The position numbers and the translations under genes were made by a program. 64,000 nucleotides of DNA from Clostridia bacterium (GTDB lineage Bacteria; Bacillota; Clostridia; TANB77; CAG-465): the NCBI GenBank assembly GCA_045604405.1, contig JAZUNZ010000031.1:27295-91294 (forward strand), written 5' to 3'. This document shows, piece after piece, positions 40,655 through 51,026 of the stretch (within the stretch, counting starts at the first letter, position 1; each line of letters starts with the position of its first letter). The notes beneath the pieces are model-generated. The model was not told the origin of the DNA. It ran no database searches and saw only the letters and a list, made by a program, of their open reading frames with translations.

Positions 40655-41029
40655 ATGAAAAACATTATAATAGTATTTATATTTCTTGTTATAATAGCAC
40701 TAGGCTTCCTATTTGGATACAGTTTAGAAATACCATATACATTTACAGAGTATATTGCAGTTGCAATACTTGCTTTCTTAGATTCAATATTTGGTGGCAT
40801 AGCATCAAACATGCAAAATAAATTCGATATATATGTTTTTATATCTGGATTTTTCTTAAACGCAATTATTGCTATGTTCTTAGTATATCTAGGTCAAAAA
40901 TTAAATGTGGATATTTATCTTGCGGCAGTAATAGTGTTTAGTACAAGACTATTTACAAATCTTAGCATTATACGAGTTATAGCTATAGAGAGAATGAGAA
41001 ATAAAAACAACAAGAAACAAATGTCATAA
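40655..41029 (+). CDS. sbp: small basic protein Sbp (DUF1290)
   Basis: 124-aa membrane protein in the conserved position after DUF881. Confidence 0.75.
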   Translation: MKNIIIVFIFLVIIALGFLFGYSLEIPYTFTEYIAVAILAFLDSIFGGIASNMQNKFDIYVFISGFFLNAIIAMFLVYLGQKLNVDIYLAAVIVFSTRLFTNLSIIRVIAIERMRNKNNKKQMS

Positions 41030-41117
41030 AAAAACATGTATAGTCGAAAGGATAGCGAGACTAAACTTGTTATAATATAATAATACCGAAGCTTATTAAG
41101 TGGAGGTATATTTTTTT

Positions 41118-43448
41118 ATGTATGAATTTACAAAAAGAGCCGAGATTGCATTAGAAGAGACAAGGGAATTTGCAATAGAAAATTGTTATAGTTATATAGG
41201 AACAGAACACTTGCTATATGGCTTGGTAAGAGAGGAAAAGGGCATAGCAGCAAGAATACTTAAGAATCAAAATATAACGTCAGAATATATAAAAGAGCAG
41301 GTATTAAAAATAGATGGCAAAATGAGTAAGAAAGAAGTAGGAGAACCGGAGCTTACTCCAAGAGCAAAAAGAGTTTTGGAAAACAGTATGAAGGAATCTA
41401 AACGACTAGGATATAATTATATAGGAACAGAGCATATCCTCTTATCGCTTATGAAAGAAACAGATAGCATTGGTGTAAGAATTTTAATTGATGCAAATGT
41501 TGACCCGGAGAAGATATTTACAGACATTTTAAAAATAGTAAGCAAAGAAAGCCCGGTTTCAAATATATATAACACCTCAAATATTAGTACACCAACTTTA
41601 GACGTATATTCAGAAGATTTAAACATGCTTGCTCGAAACGGGAAAATAGATAAAATAATTGGTAGAGAAGATGAATTAAATAGAATTATACAGATACTTA
41701 ATCGTAAGCTTAAAAACAATCCTTTAATCATTGGTGAAGCAGGAGTTGGAAAAACTGCCATTGTAGAGGGCTTGGCCTATCTTATTGAAAAAGGAGAAGT
41801 ACCACAAGAACTCAAAGATAAAAGAATTTTGATGTTAGACATTTCATCGATGATTGCTGGCGCAAAGTATAGAGGAGATTTTGAAGAACGTTTTAAAAAG
41901 TGTATTGCTGAGACTAAAAAAGCAGGAAATATAATACTCTTTATAGATGAAATGAGGACCATTATAGGTGCAGGAAGTGCAGAGGGCGCACTTGATGCAG
42001 CAAACATCTTAAAACCACACCTGTCGCGTGGGGCTGTAAAAATAATAGGTGCCACTACTAAAGAGGAATATGCAAAATACATTGAAAAAGATAGTGCTTT
42101 GGATAGAAGATTCCAACGAGTAGATATATCTGAACCAACGGAAAAAGAATGTATAGAAATTATTAAAGGAATAAAAGAAAAGTATGAAAAATACCACAAT
42201 GTAAAAATTACAGAAGATGCAATAATTCAAGCAGTAAGACTTTCAAAAAGATATATAGTAGATAGGAACCTTCCAGATAAAGCTATAGATATAATAGATG
42301 AGGCTTGCTCTAAGGCTAAATATGTAAAAAGCAAAAAGCAAGAAGCAGATAACAAAGTAGAAGAATTAAAAAATAAAATATTAAAAACAAAGGATGAGAA
42401 AAGAACAATTTCGATTCTTTCAAAGGATGTTGAAGAAGTGGTAGCAAGAATGGTAAAAATACCGGTAGAAAAAATAGGAAAAGACGACATCTTGCGTCTT
42501 AAAGGCTTAGAAGAAAAATTGAAGAAAAGAGTTATAGGCCAAGATGAGGCAGTAACTTTACTTGCAAGAGCAATTAAAAGAAGTAGGGTTGGACTACGAG
42601 ATCCTAAAAGACCAATTGCATCATTTCTTTTCACGGGACCTACAGGAGTGGGTAAAACTGAGATAGTAAAGGCTCTTGCAGCTGAACTTTTTGACGATGA
42701 AAACAGCATAATTAGAGTGGATATGTCTGAGTATATGGAATCACATAGTGTATCAAAACTTATTGGCTCGCCACCTGGCTATGTTGGTTTTGGAGAAGGT
42801 GGATATCTTACAGAAAAAGTAAGACGTCATCCTTATTCAATAGTGTTATTTGATGAAGTGGAAAAAGCGCATATAGATGTATATAATATGTTGCTTCAGG
42901 TGTTAGATGATGGCAGACTTACAGACGCTCAGGGAAGGACGGTAGATTTTAAAAATACCATTTGTATTATGACTTCTAATTTAGGAGCAAGAAATATTGT
43001 AGATAATAAAAGCGTGGGATTTGTTAAAGAGGAAAGCAGTCATGAAGCATATATTAAGATGAAGAAAGCAGTAATGGAGGAAGTAAATAAGAATTTTAGT
43101 CCAGAATTCTTAAATAGATTAGATGATGTAATAGTATTTAATAAATTGGATGAAGACTGTGTTAAGAAGATAACCAGTTTACTTCTTAAAGATGTAGAAA
43201 AAAGAGCAAAATTGCAAGGTGTAAAAATTAAATTTGAACAAGGAGTAGTGGATTATATAACTAAGATAGGATATGATGCAAAGAAAGGAGCAAGACCACT
43301 TAAAAGGGCAATACAAAGCAAAATAGAAGACAAATTTGCGGACTATGTAATAGATCAAAAAATAACTATGGAAGATAGCATAATTGTATCTTTTTCTGAA
43401 TCTAAAGATGAGGTTATAATAAAAAAGAAAGAGCGTAGTAAGATATAG
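41118..43448 (+). CDS. clpC: ClpC-type AAA+ chaperone (Clp protease ATP-binding subunit)
   Basis: Two Clp_N repeats and two AAA modules (GEAGVGKT and GPTGVGKT). A GGAGG RBS sits before ATG 41118. Confidence 0.9.
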   Translation: MYEFTKRAEIALEETREFAIENCYSYIGTEHLLYGLVREEKGIAARILKNQNITSEYIKEQVLKIDGKMSKKEVGEPELTPRAKRVLENSMKESKRLGYNYIGTEHILLSLMKETDSIGVRILIDANVDPEKIFTDILKIVSKESPVSNIYNTSNISTPTLDVYSEDLNMLARNGKIDKIIGREDELNRIIQILNRKLKNNPLIIGEAGVGKTAIVEGLAYLIEKGEVPQELKDKRILMLDISSMIAGAKYRGDFEERFKKCIAETKKAGNIILFIDEMRTIIGAGSAEGALDAANILKPHLSRGAVKIIGATTKEEYAKYIEKDSALDRRFQRVDISEPTEKECIEIIKGIKEKYEKYHNVKITEDAIIQAVRLSKRYIVDRNLPDKAIDIIDEACSKAKYVKSKKQEADNKVEELKNKILKTKDEKRTISILSKDVEEVVARMVKIPVEKIGKDDILRLKGLEEKLKKRVIGQDEAVTLLARAIKRSRVGLRDPKRPIASFLFTGPTGVGKTEIVKALAAELFDDENSIIRVDMSEYMESHSVSKLIGSPPGYVGFGEGGYLTEKVRRHPYSIVLFDEVEKAHIDVYNMLLQVLDDGRLTDAQGRTVDFKNTICIMTSNLGARNIVDNKSVGFVKEESSHEAYIKMKKAVMEEVNKNFSPEFLNRLDDVIVFNKLDEDCVKKITSLLLKDVEKRAKLQGVKIKFEQGVVDYITKIGYDAKKGARPLKRAIQSKIEDKFADYVIDQKITMEDSIIVSFSESKDEVIIKKKERSKI

Positions 43449-43484
43449 AAAATGCGGCATTCCAATTTGGAATTGCCGCATTTT
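43449..43484. terminator. bidirectional terminator
   Basis: AAAATGCGGCATTCCAA..TTGGAATTGCCGCATTTT hairpin between convergent genes. Confidence 0.85.
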
Positions 43485-43488
43485 AAGG

Positions 43489-43812
43489 TTATAAAAAACT
43501 GTAAATTTGTTCTAATACACATATATCTGTTAAATCAAAGTGTTGTATTATGTGATTAGAAGGATCAGTGTGTTTAGTGTTTAAACGTATAGCTAAAGAG
43601 TAGTTGCCAGGAGTTATATCAGAAATATATCCAAGTGGTTTAACTAATAATTTCCCATTTACAATTTCTGTTAAAATATAATTAAAACAGTTTGTATTAA
43701 GGGATTCGTTTGTATCATTTAATACTGCTTGTATTTTATATTTTGCCAGAAATCTTTCGGCCATTACATAAAAACACCGGTCACCTTGTTGGACTTTTAA
43801 AATAGTCTTCAT
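43489..43812 (-). CDS. hypothetical protein
   Basis: 107-aa ORF with a GGAG RBS. No family recognised. Confidence 0.5.
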   Translation of the reverse strand: MKTILKVQQGDRCFYVMAERFLAKYKIQAVLNDTNESLNTNCFNYILTEIVNGKLLVKPLGYISDITPGNYSLAIRLNTKHTDPSNHIIQHFDLTDICVLEQIYSFL

Positions 43813-43970
43813 GAGTCATTCTCCTAAATTCGTTCTACAATTGTAGTTGTTTTACAATGCGTAATAAACCCATTTTAATTTTCTAAATTTAGAAATTACA
43901 AAAAATATTTATGAGTAGTATGTTACCATATATGCATAATAAAGTCAATAAAAGGAGAAGACGATCACAA

Positions 43971-44963
43971 TCAGACTATATACCAAACCTTATTATCTGG
44001 AAAATATTTATTTAATAATTCTTTGAAAAATATAGTCGCGTCTTCTTTTATTTCTTTTTTATATGAATATTTTCCTTTGCCTCGTGACACAAATTTATCT
44101 TTATCATATATCTTAATGGCATTTGGGAAAGCCTCAGTATTTATTGCATTATGCACAAAACTATATGTCATAAATATTAGTTCAAAAAAGATGCCTTTTA
44201 ATAGTGCTTTAGGGATAGTTTGTTTTATTTCTAAAAACAACTCCTCGTAAAGCTCTTTATAGTTGTCTAAAAGAATTATTGGTGCAATTAAAATTCCAAC
44301 TTTATAACCTGCTTTTTTAAGTTTAACAATAGCTTCAAGTCTTTCTTTTAAAGAGGATGTTCCTAATTCTACTCTAGAAATTATATATTTAGGATTTAAA
44401 CTCATTCTAACGATTATTTTATCTTTTCCAGTTATATTTAAAATGTCTTCCACCATATGAAATTTGGTAGGAAAGGTAAGATAACCCTTTTGGCTTTTTG
44501 CAAAATTTTCGATAGTCCATTTAAGATTACCTGTAATGGTGTTTTCCAAAACCAGATCGCTGTTTGAACCTATTTCAAATACTAAGTCTGTATCAGACTT
44601 TTCTTGAGTTTTAATAATCTTATTTAACATTTCTTCGCGATTAACAAATAGTCTTAAATATGCACATTTATTGTAGTGACAAACAAGATAACAATACATA
44701 CACATTGCAGTACAGCCTGATGAGGTGTAGGGAACAAGATAATTAGAAACTTTATGATTAGGTACAAATTTTTGAGTTCGCCTAACGCCAATTATTAACT
44801 TTCTTTTCATACGAGCAAATTCTTTATTTGGTTGTTTTCTCATTTCTTCAATATTATTATGATTCTCTATTTTATATTTCGGAAGATATTTATACTTTTC
44901 CATAAGTTCTTTACCTAATGGATAATTTAAAATATTTTCTTCATAATATACACTATCAAACAT
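43971..44963 (-). CDS. splB: spore photoproduct lyase (radical SAM)
   Basis: CTAMCMYC CxxxCxxC cluster and overall SplB-like sequence. A GGTGA RBS favours ATG 44963. The upstream 14 codons of the ORF lie inside the rmuC terminator. Confidence 0.85.
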   Translation of the reverse strand: MFDSVYYEENILNYPLGKELMEKYKYLPKYKIENHNNIEEMRKQPNKEFARMKRKLIIGVRRTQKFVPNHKVSNYLVPYTSSGCTAMCMYCYLVCHYNKCAYLRLFVNREEMLNKIIKTQEKSDTDLVFEIGSNSDLVLENTITGNLKWTIENFAKSQKGYLTFPTKFHMVEDILNITGKDKIIVRMSLNPKYIISRVELGTSSLKERLEAIVKLKKAGYKVGILIAPIILLDNYKELYEELFLEIKQTIPKALLKGIFFELIFMTYSFVHNAINTEAFPNAIKIYDKDKFVSRGKGKYSYKKEIKEDATIFFKELLNKYFPDNKVWYIV

Positions 44964-44986
44964 ATAATCACCAAATGTATTATGCG

Positions 44987-45015
44987 CAAAAAAAGTAGCA
45001 CTCACTCAGTGCTAC
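44987..45015 (-). terminator. rho-independent terminator after rmuC
   Basis: On the minus strand, GTAGCACTgagtgAGTGCTAC followed by T8. Confidence 0.8.
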
Positions 45016-45019
45016 AAAA

Positions 45020-46246
45020 CTATTCTTCTGTATCTATAGAATCAGATGATTCATCTAATTGTAAATTATAGAAATCATTTTCATTTGAAACGGGAAGTGC
45101 TTCTACATTTTTTAATTTTCTTTCGATAGTACGAGTTTTACGAGTTGCATCAGACATTGTATTAGATATTTCTAGAAGCTTTTTATTTGTTTTGTCTAAT
45201 AAGTCGCCAAACTTACCAAATTCAGTTTTAACAATACCTAAAAGCTCCCAAACTTCGCTTGAACGTTTCTCTATAGCAAGTGTTCTAAATCCCATTTGTA
45301 GGCTGTTAAGAAGTGCTATAAATGTAGATGGACCAGCAACTACAACTCTATATTTTTGATTTAACGTTTCACATAAATTGGTATTTCTTAAAACTTCAGA
45401 ATAAAGGCTTTCTGTAGGTAAGAACATTATACCAAAATCTGTAGTATATGGTGGATCAAGATATTTTTCGTTTATATCTTTTGCACATTTTTTAATTCCA
45501 TTTTCTAATGCTTTTCTGCATTCAGTGACAGCATTTACATCGCCGGCTTCTTCTGATGCTACAAGTCTAGAGTAATCTTCGATAGGAAACTTTGAGTCAA
45601 CAGGAAGAAGAACATACTCTAAATTATTCTTTCCAGGAAATTTTATTGCAAATTCTACAAAGTCGTTTGAGTTTTTCTTTGTTTTTACTGATTTTAGGTA
45701 TTGGTCTGGAGTTAAGAATTGTTCTAATATATTTCCAAGTTGGATTTCACCCCAATAACCACGAGCCTTAACATTAGTAAATACATTTTTTAAATCTCCA
45801 ACACCTTTAGCAAGATTTTGCATTTCTCCTAAGCCTTTTTGAACAGATTCTAAATTATTACTTACTATTTTAAAAGATTCACTAAGCCTTTTTTCCAAAG
45901 TTGACTGAAGTTTTTCGTCTACGGTTAATCTCATTTTTTCTAACTTTTCACCATTGTCTTTTTGTATAGAAGCAAGTTTTTCTTCAACAGACTTACGAAT
46001 ATTTTCAAGCTTTGTCTCATTAAGATTAGTAAGTGTTGCAAGATTATTTTGCTGTATTGTGGTATTATCTACAATTTTACTACCAATATTATTTGTTATT
46101 TCTTCGCGGTTATTTTTTAGTTGAAAAGCAAGTTCCTTTCTAAAATCCTCTATATAACCTTTTTTGTTTTTCTTTAAAATTGCTATAGCTAGTATAAATA
46201 CTATAACCAAAAGAACAGCAATTATTACTAGTAATGTTGTTTCCAT
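45020..46246 (-). CDS. rmuC: DNA recombination protein RmuC
   Basis: N-terminal TM helix, long coiled coil and a RmuC-type C-terminal domain (DFGIMFLPTESLY). Confidence 0.85.
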   Translation of the reverse strand: METTLLVIIAVLLVIVFILAIAILKKNKKGYIEDFRKELAFQLKNNREEITNNIGSKIVDNTTIQQNNLATLTNLNETKLENIRKSVEEKLASIQKDNGEKLEKMRLTVDEKLQSTLEKRLSESFKIVSNNLESVQKGLGEMQNLAKGVGDLKNVFTNVKARGYWGEIQLGNILEQFLTPDQYLKSVKTKKNSNDFVEFAIKFPGKNNLEYVLLPVDSKFPIEDYSRLVASEEAGDVNAVTECRKALENGIKKCAKDINEKYLDPPYTTDFGIMFLPTESLYSEVLRNTNLCETLNQKYRVVVAGPSTFIALLNSLQMGFRTLAIEKRSSEVWELLGIVKTEFGKFGDLLDKTNKKLLEISNTMSDATRKTRTIERKLKNVEALPVSNENDFYNLQLDESSDSIDTEE

Positions 46247-46471
46247 ATATTTTCACCTCAAGTAAAACTAGTATAGCATATAAACAAATGTTTGTCAAAC
46301 GATTGGAAATTAATTTTATTTTTTTTACAAAACTATTTACATTTGTCATTATTTGTGTTAGTATTTTAAGAACGTTGTTTAACATATTACTATAGAGAAC
46401 TAAAATAAAGATAAAATCTTAAAAAGTTACCTTAGGTAATATGTTTTTTTGCGTGGAAAGAAGGTGTTTTT

Positions 46472-47449
46472 ATGTATATTAATGTGCAAAATCTTACCAA
46501 ACACTTTAAAATTAAGGTAAGAGACAAAGGATTAATTAATGCAATAAAAGCATTTATTAAACCAAAATACCGAACAGTACAAGCAGTAAATGATATAACG
46601 TTCGGTATTGAAAAAGGAGAAATCCTCGGATTTATTGGCCCAAATGGGGCGGGCAAATCAACAACAATTAAGATGCTGTGCGGAATACTACAGCCAGATA
46701 GCGGAGAAATTTGTATTGACGGTATGAATCCTTTTAAAAATAGGAAAGAGTATGTATCAAAAATTGGAGTTGTATTTGGACAAAAGTCTCAACTATGGTG
46801 GGATATCCCAGTAATTGAGTCATTTGAACTATTAAAATCTATATACAAGATACCAGAGGAAAAATACAATGAAACGAAAGAACAATTAATAGACAATTTA
46901 AATCTGCAAAATTTATTAGATGTACCAGTTAGACAACTAAGTCTCGGCCAGAGGATGAGATGCGAACTTGCCGCAGCACTGTTACATAATCCAGACATTT
47001 TATTCTTAGATGAACCTACAATAGGACTAGATGCAACCTCAAAAGTACAACTTAGAGAATTTATAAAAGAAATCAACAAAAAGAAGAAAACAACCATTAT
47101 TTTAACAACACATGATATGACAGATATTGAAGAATTAGCCAAAAGAGTTATAGTAATAGGAAAAGGCAAACTACTTTATGATGGTGACTTAAATAAAATC
47201 AAATCGAAATTTCAATCAAACAAAAAACTAGAAATATTATTTAGAAATATAAAACAAGTTCCAAAGATAAAATCAAAAATATTAGAACAAGATAATAACA
47301 AGGTGATAATAGAAGTAGACACTAAACAAGAGACTATATCTAGCATAATAGAAAAATATAGCAAAGCCTGCTCAATAGAAGATGTAAATATTCATGAAAA
47401 CAATATAGATAATATTATTTTACAAATGTATAAGGAGTATGAGCTATGA
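46472..47449 (+). CDS. ABC transporter ATP-binding protein
   Basis: Walker A GPNGAGKST, signature LSLGQR, Walker B LFLDEPT. Confidence 0.92.
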   Translation: MYINVQNLTKHFKIKVRDKGLINAIKAFIKPKYRTVQAVNDITFGIEKGEILGFIGPNGAGKSTTIKMLCGILQPDSGEICIDGMNPFKNRKEYVSKIGVVFGQKSQLWWDIPVIESFELLKSIYKIPEEKYNETKEQLIDNLNLQNLLDVPVRQLSLGQRMRCELAAALLHNPDILFLDEPTIGLDATSKVQLREFIKEINKKKKTTIILTTHDMTDIEELAKRVIVIGKGKLLYDGDLNKIKSKFQSNKKLEILFRNIKQVPKIKSKILEQDNNKVIIEVDTKQETISSIIEKYSKACSIEDVNIHENNIDNIILQMYKEYEL

Positions 47450-48249
47450 AGGGATATATAAGTTATTTTAAAACTGTTCTATTATCTGGACTTCAATATA
47501 AAACAGCAGCAATTGCTGGAATATGTACTCAATTTTTCTGGGGATTTTTACAAATATGTATTTATCAAGCTTTTTATGCAGGAACTGGTCAAAATGTTCC
47601 AATGAATTTTAAAAACTTAGTTACATATGTTTGGCTACAGCAAGCATTACTTACACTTGTATTTGTACGTTCAAGAGACGAAAGTATAGCTAAAAGTATT
47701 AAAAATGGAACTGTTGCATATGAGCTTATACGTCCATATAATTTGTATGTTTGGTGGTTTGTTAAATGCATTGCAGGAAGACTTGCAGCAGTTACTTTGC
47801 GTTCGGGAGTATTAATAATAGTAACATTGTTTTTACCAGCCCCATATAATTTATCACTGCCAATTTCATTTGGAGCATTTATGTTATTTTTATTGAATTT
47901 GTTTTTAGGATCATTAATAGTAACTGCAATAATGGTAATAATACATTCAATAGCATTTTTCACATATGAAGATAAAGGGATAGCGACTGTAATATATAAT
48001 TTTGCTGAAATATTAAGTGGGACGAGTTTACCACTACCATTATTGCCCAAAATTATACAAAACATCTGTATAATATTTCCTTTTTGGCTGATAGGAGATT
48101 TCCCGTTTAGAATATATTGCGGCGAAATACCAATATCTGAAGGAATTAGATATTTGGGATTACAAGTATTTTGGGTAATAGCTTTAATATTTATTGGAGC
48201 AAAAATATTAAAGTATGCAATGAAAAAAGTATATATACAAGGAGGTTAA
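47446..48249 (+). CDS. ABC-2 family permease
   Basis: 267-aa polytopic protein, translationally coupled to the ATPase gene. Confidence 0.8.
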   Translation: MKGYISYFKTVLLSGLQYKTAAIAGICTQFFWGFLQICIYQAFYAGTGQNVPMNFKNLVTYVWLQQALLTLVFVRSRDESIAKSIKNGTVAYELIRPYNLYVWWFVKCIAGRLAAVTLRSGVLIIVTLFLPAPYNLSLPISFGAFMLFLLNLFLGSLIVTAIMVIIHSIAFFTYEDKGIATVIYNFAEILSGTSLPLPLLPKIIQNICIIFPFWLIGDFPFRIYCGEIPISEGIRYLGLQVFWVIALIFIGAKILKYAMKKVYIQGG

Positions 48250-48250
48250 T

Positions 48251-49012
48251 ATGTTTAAATATATGTTAGCGCATATAAAATCTCAACTAGAGTATAAAAG
48301 CTCCTTTATATTTCTGGTGATAGCGCAGATAATAGCTTTTTGGGGATATTGCATTGTGTTTTATTCACTATTTGCTAAATTTAATTTAGTACAATCATTT
48401 AATATTTATCAAGTGATGCTTTGTTTTGCTATAGTGCAATTTGGAGAAAACTTTGCAGAAGGAATTTTAAGAGGATTTGACCAGTTTTCAGAAATAATAA
48501 AACATGGACATTTGGATCAACTATTAGTAAGACCGCAAAATATATATTTACAAATAATAGGATATAAAACAGAACTTTCCAAATTTGTAAAAAGTATAAT
48601 ATCTTTGGCAATATTAGTATTTGCAGTAATAAAACTACAAATTCAAGTTAAATACTATCCGATAATTCTACTTATGATGCTTGGTAGTTCTGTGATATTT
48701 GGAGCATTTTTAATAATTAGTGCGGCTATGTGTTTTGTAACTATAGAAGGATTAGAAGTAATAAATATATTTATATATGGTACAAGAGATTTTGCGCAAT
48801 ATCCAATAGGAATATATAATAAGGTAGTAAAAACTTTTTTTACTTATATAGTTCCGATAGGACTTACTTCGTATTATCCTATGCTATATATAACGGGAGC
48901 CTCAGATAGATGGTGGTATATATTTTTGCCAATATTAAGTTTATTAATTTTAGTGCCAGCATGTTTAATATTTAATGCGGGGATGACTAAGTATAAGAGT
49001 ACAGGTTCTTAG
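48251..49012 (+). CDS. ABC-2 family permease
   Basis: 253-aa polytopic protein that starts 2 nt after the preceding permease gene. Confidence 0.8.
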   Translation: MFKYMLAHIKSQLEYKSSFIFLVIAQIIAFWGYCIVFYSLFAKFNLVQSFNIYQVMLCFAIVQFGENFAEGILRGFDQFSEIIKHGHLDQLLVRPQNIYLQIIGYKTELSKFVKSIISLAILVFAVIKLQIQVKYYPIILLMMLGSSVIFGAFLIISAAMCFVTIEGLEVINIFIYGTRDFAQYPIGIYNKVVKTFFTYIVPIGLTSYYPMLYITGASDRWWYIFLPILSLLILVPACLIFNAGMTKYKSTGS

Positions 49013-49147
49013 ATTAAAAAGTGTAAGAAGTGTTTAAATGGAAAAGAGGTGAGCAAGAAAAGGCTTGAAAATACTCACTTCTTTTGATATAATAATTTAG
49101 ATTAAATAGTATACTTAAAATAATTATTTTGAAGGAGCAGAATTAAG

Positions 49148-49360
49148 ATGAGCAATAAAAAACAATTGAACGACAAAGTATTAAATTTTGTTTTGACTTT
49201 TGAAGATTCATTTACTGTTGAACAGCTATTTGGAGTTTTAAGAGAAGCAAATATTATGGATGATGAGAATAAAGAACAAGTCATAGACATTGTAGATAAT
49301 CTTATGGAATCGAGTATAATTCAGCACGTTCCGCTTTCAGACAAATATTTTGTTTTTTAA
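49148..49360 (+). CDS. hypothetical small protein
   Basis: 70-aa ORF with GGAGCAG RBS, followed by a terminator-like repeat module. Confidence 0.5.
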   Translation: MSNKKQLNDKVLNFVLTFEDSFTVEQLFGVLREANIMDDENKEQVIDIVDNLMESSIIQHVPLSDKYFVF

Positions 49361-49371
49361 TATAAAATTTC

Positions 49372-49434
49372 TAAAGCAAGAATAGATATGTCCACAAACA
49401 AAAATATGTATCCAATTTTGGGTACATATTTTTG
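49372..49434. repeat. terminator-like repeat module, copy A
   Basis: TAAAGCAAGAATAGATATGTCCACAAAC-AAAAATATGTATCCAATTTTGGGTACATATTTTTG; compare copy B. Confidence 0.8.
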
Positions 49435-49489
49435 CATTTTTAGTATTTTTATTATATTTAGCGTTTCGCAATTGTTAATTAATTTAGAA

Positions 49490-49757
49490 TTAAAATTTGT
49501 TTGTGAGCCTTCTCCAAGTGTTACATCCTACAATTCCATCAGCACTTAAATTATTGTCTCTTTGAAATCTAACAACAGCATTTCTTGTATTAGCGCCAAA
49601 TATTCCATCTATATTTCCAGAGTTATATCCTAGGTAATTTAAAGCGTCTTGCAATACCATAACATAAACTCCGCGACTCCCTTGACGAATTACAGGGTAT
49701 CCTCCGGTAGGACATGCAGGAGTTCCATATCTTTTATCAATATGTACCCAGGTTGGT
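49490..49757 (-). pseudogene. displaced 3' part of a split M15A peptidase gene (zinc-ligand motif plus PG_binding_1-like domain)
   Basis: Start-less open frame reading PTWVHIDKRYGTPACPTGGYP...GIFGANTRNAVVRFQRDNNLSADGIVGCNTWRRLTNKF*. It is in phase with ORF 55178..55606 across the 13-nt repeat. Confidence 0.85.
49745..49757. repeat. 13-nt direct repeat TACCCAGGTTGGT (left att core)
   Basis: Identical to 55214..55226. Confidence 0.9.
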
Positions 49758-49820
49758 AGCCATTTGGAAAAGTTTATAATCCGTTAGGAGGTGTTAATAC
49801 TATTTCATCTCCTGTTATTG

Positions 49821-50159
49821 TTATACTTTTTCTATTCGTATAGCTAATATCCCATATTTTTTTTCTTCTTCAATAGAATATATTTTATGAATATTGTCCA
49901 ATTTTTCTTCCAAACTATTAGCAGGGCCACAAATGTTAAAGTCAACATCTTTGAATAAATCTTCAAAAGAATTATATCTTAATAGTCCAACAACTTTTAC
50001 TTTGATAGTTTGTGATAAATCTGTTGTTTTTTGAAAAACAATATAATCATTTAGTGTAATTTTTGACCTTTTTTCATCATATAATCTAAGTTCAATTTTT
50101 TTAACCCCATTATCAATATTTGTAAAAGGTTTTTCATTTAATTTCATTGTATGTATCAT
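49821..50159 (-). CDS. ASCH-domain protein
   Basis: 112 aa with typical ASCH length and pattern (MKLNEKPF..I..G.KKIELRLYDEKR...V). Confidence 0.65.
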   Translation of the reverse strand: MIHTMKLNEKPFTNIDNGVKKIELRLYDEKRSKITLNDYIVFQKTTDLSQTIKVKVVGLLRYNSFEDLFKDVDFNICGPANSLEEKLDNIHKIYSIEEEKKYGILAIRIEKV

Positions 50160-50367
50160 AATAACTCACCATCCTAGGAGTTAATATACAATAAATATGT
50201 AAAATAGTCAATTATATCCATTATTTAATTTATGGTAAGAAAGTTTCATTGAAAATAGAAAGTTATAAAAGCACTTTTTGGAAACGATTGAATTGTGTAT
50301 ACTTATATGATATAATGTACATGGTATATTGAAGATGCTTCTAAAATAATTTTTAAGGAGAACAGTT

Positions 50368-50652
50368 ATGGAAAAAATATTTAACATTAACGACTTTGTC
50401 AAAGTAAAGCTTACAGAAGAAGGGATGAGAATACTTGAAGCTCAATATAATGAGCTGTTAAAGCAAATGCCCCCACAAGCTAGAAAATCTATGGGACCTT
50501 TCAAGAAACCAAAAGCTGATAAAGAAGGATATAGTGAATTTCAACTTTGGGACTTAATGCATCATTTTGGAGAATATATGTATAATGGTAATCCAAATTC
50601 GCCATTTTTTAACAATATTAAGATCTCGGAGAAATATTTAACTGATAAGTAG
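50368..50652 (+). CDS. hypothetical protein (element cargo)
   Basis: 94-aa ORF with AAGGAG RBS. A TTGAAT-17-TATAAT promoter lies upstream. Confidence 0.55.
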   Translation: MEKIFNINDFVKVKLTEEGMRILEAQYNELLKQMPPQARKSMGPFKKPKADKEGYSEFQLWDLMHHFGEYMYNGNPNSPFFNNIKISEKYLTDK

Positions 50653-50657
50653 GCTTA

Positions 50658-50767
50658 TAAAGCAGGAATAGATGTGTCTACACATCATATGTACAGCTTA
50701 AAAGCAAAGCTTTTAACGTGTGTCCGAAAGCAAAAATATGTATCCAATTTTGGGTACATATTTTTTG
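50658..50767. repeat. terminator-like repeat module, copy B (with a 47-nt internal insertion)
   Basis: TAAAGCAGGAATAGATGTGTCTACAC...GTGTCCGAAAGCAAAAATATGTATCCAATTTTGGGTACATATTTTTTG. Confidence 0.8.
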
Positions 50768-50880
50768 TAAATTTTTACCGTATTTTTTAATTTTGCCCAT
50801 CCTATTATGACTGTTAAGGAGTGAAGGGATATATATCATAAGTACAAGTTTTGTGAGAATAAGATATATTAGGTGATTTT

Positions 50881-51000
50881 GTGGATAACATTGAAATTAA
50901 ATATGAGTTTAATGATAATGCTGATACTACTTTAGATAATATTTTAATTTCTATACTTAATTCAAAACTTAGGGTGGTCGACTTTGAGAATGAAACTTAA
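50881..51000 (+). CDS. possible 39-aa ORF upstream of the recombinase (candidate accessory/directionality factor)
   Basis: GTG start 4 nt after AGGTGA. It ends 26 nt before the recombinase start. There is no homology evidence. Confidence 0.25.
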   Translation: MDNIEIKYEFNDNADTTLDNILISILNSKLRVVDFENET

Positions 51001-51026
51001 TATAATTATATCAAAGGAGCGTTAAG

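Noticed and set aside
41030-41117. CtsR operator upstream of clpC
   Set aside because: No GGTCAAA-type direct repeat is present. Only a short AGTC...GACT inverted repeat was seen.
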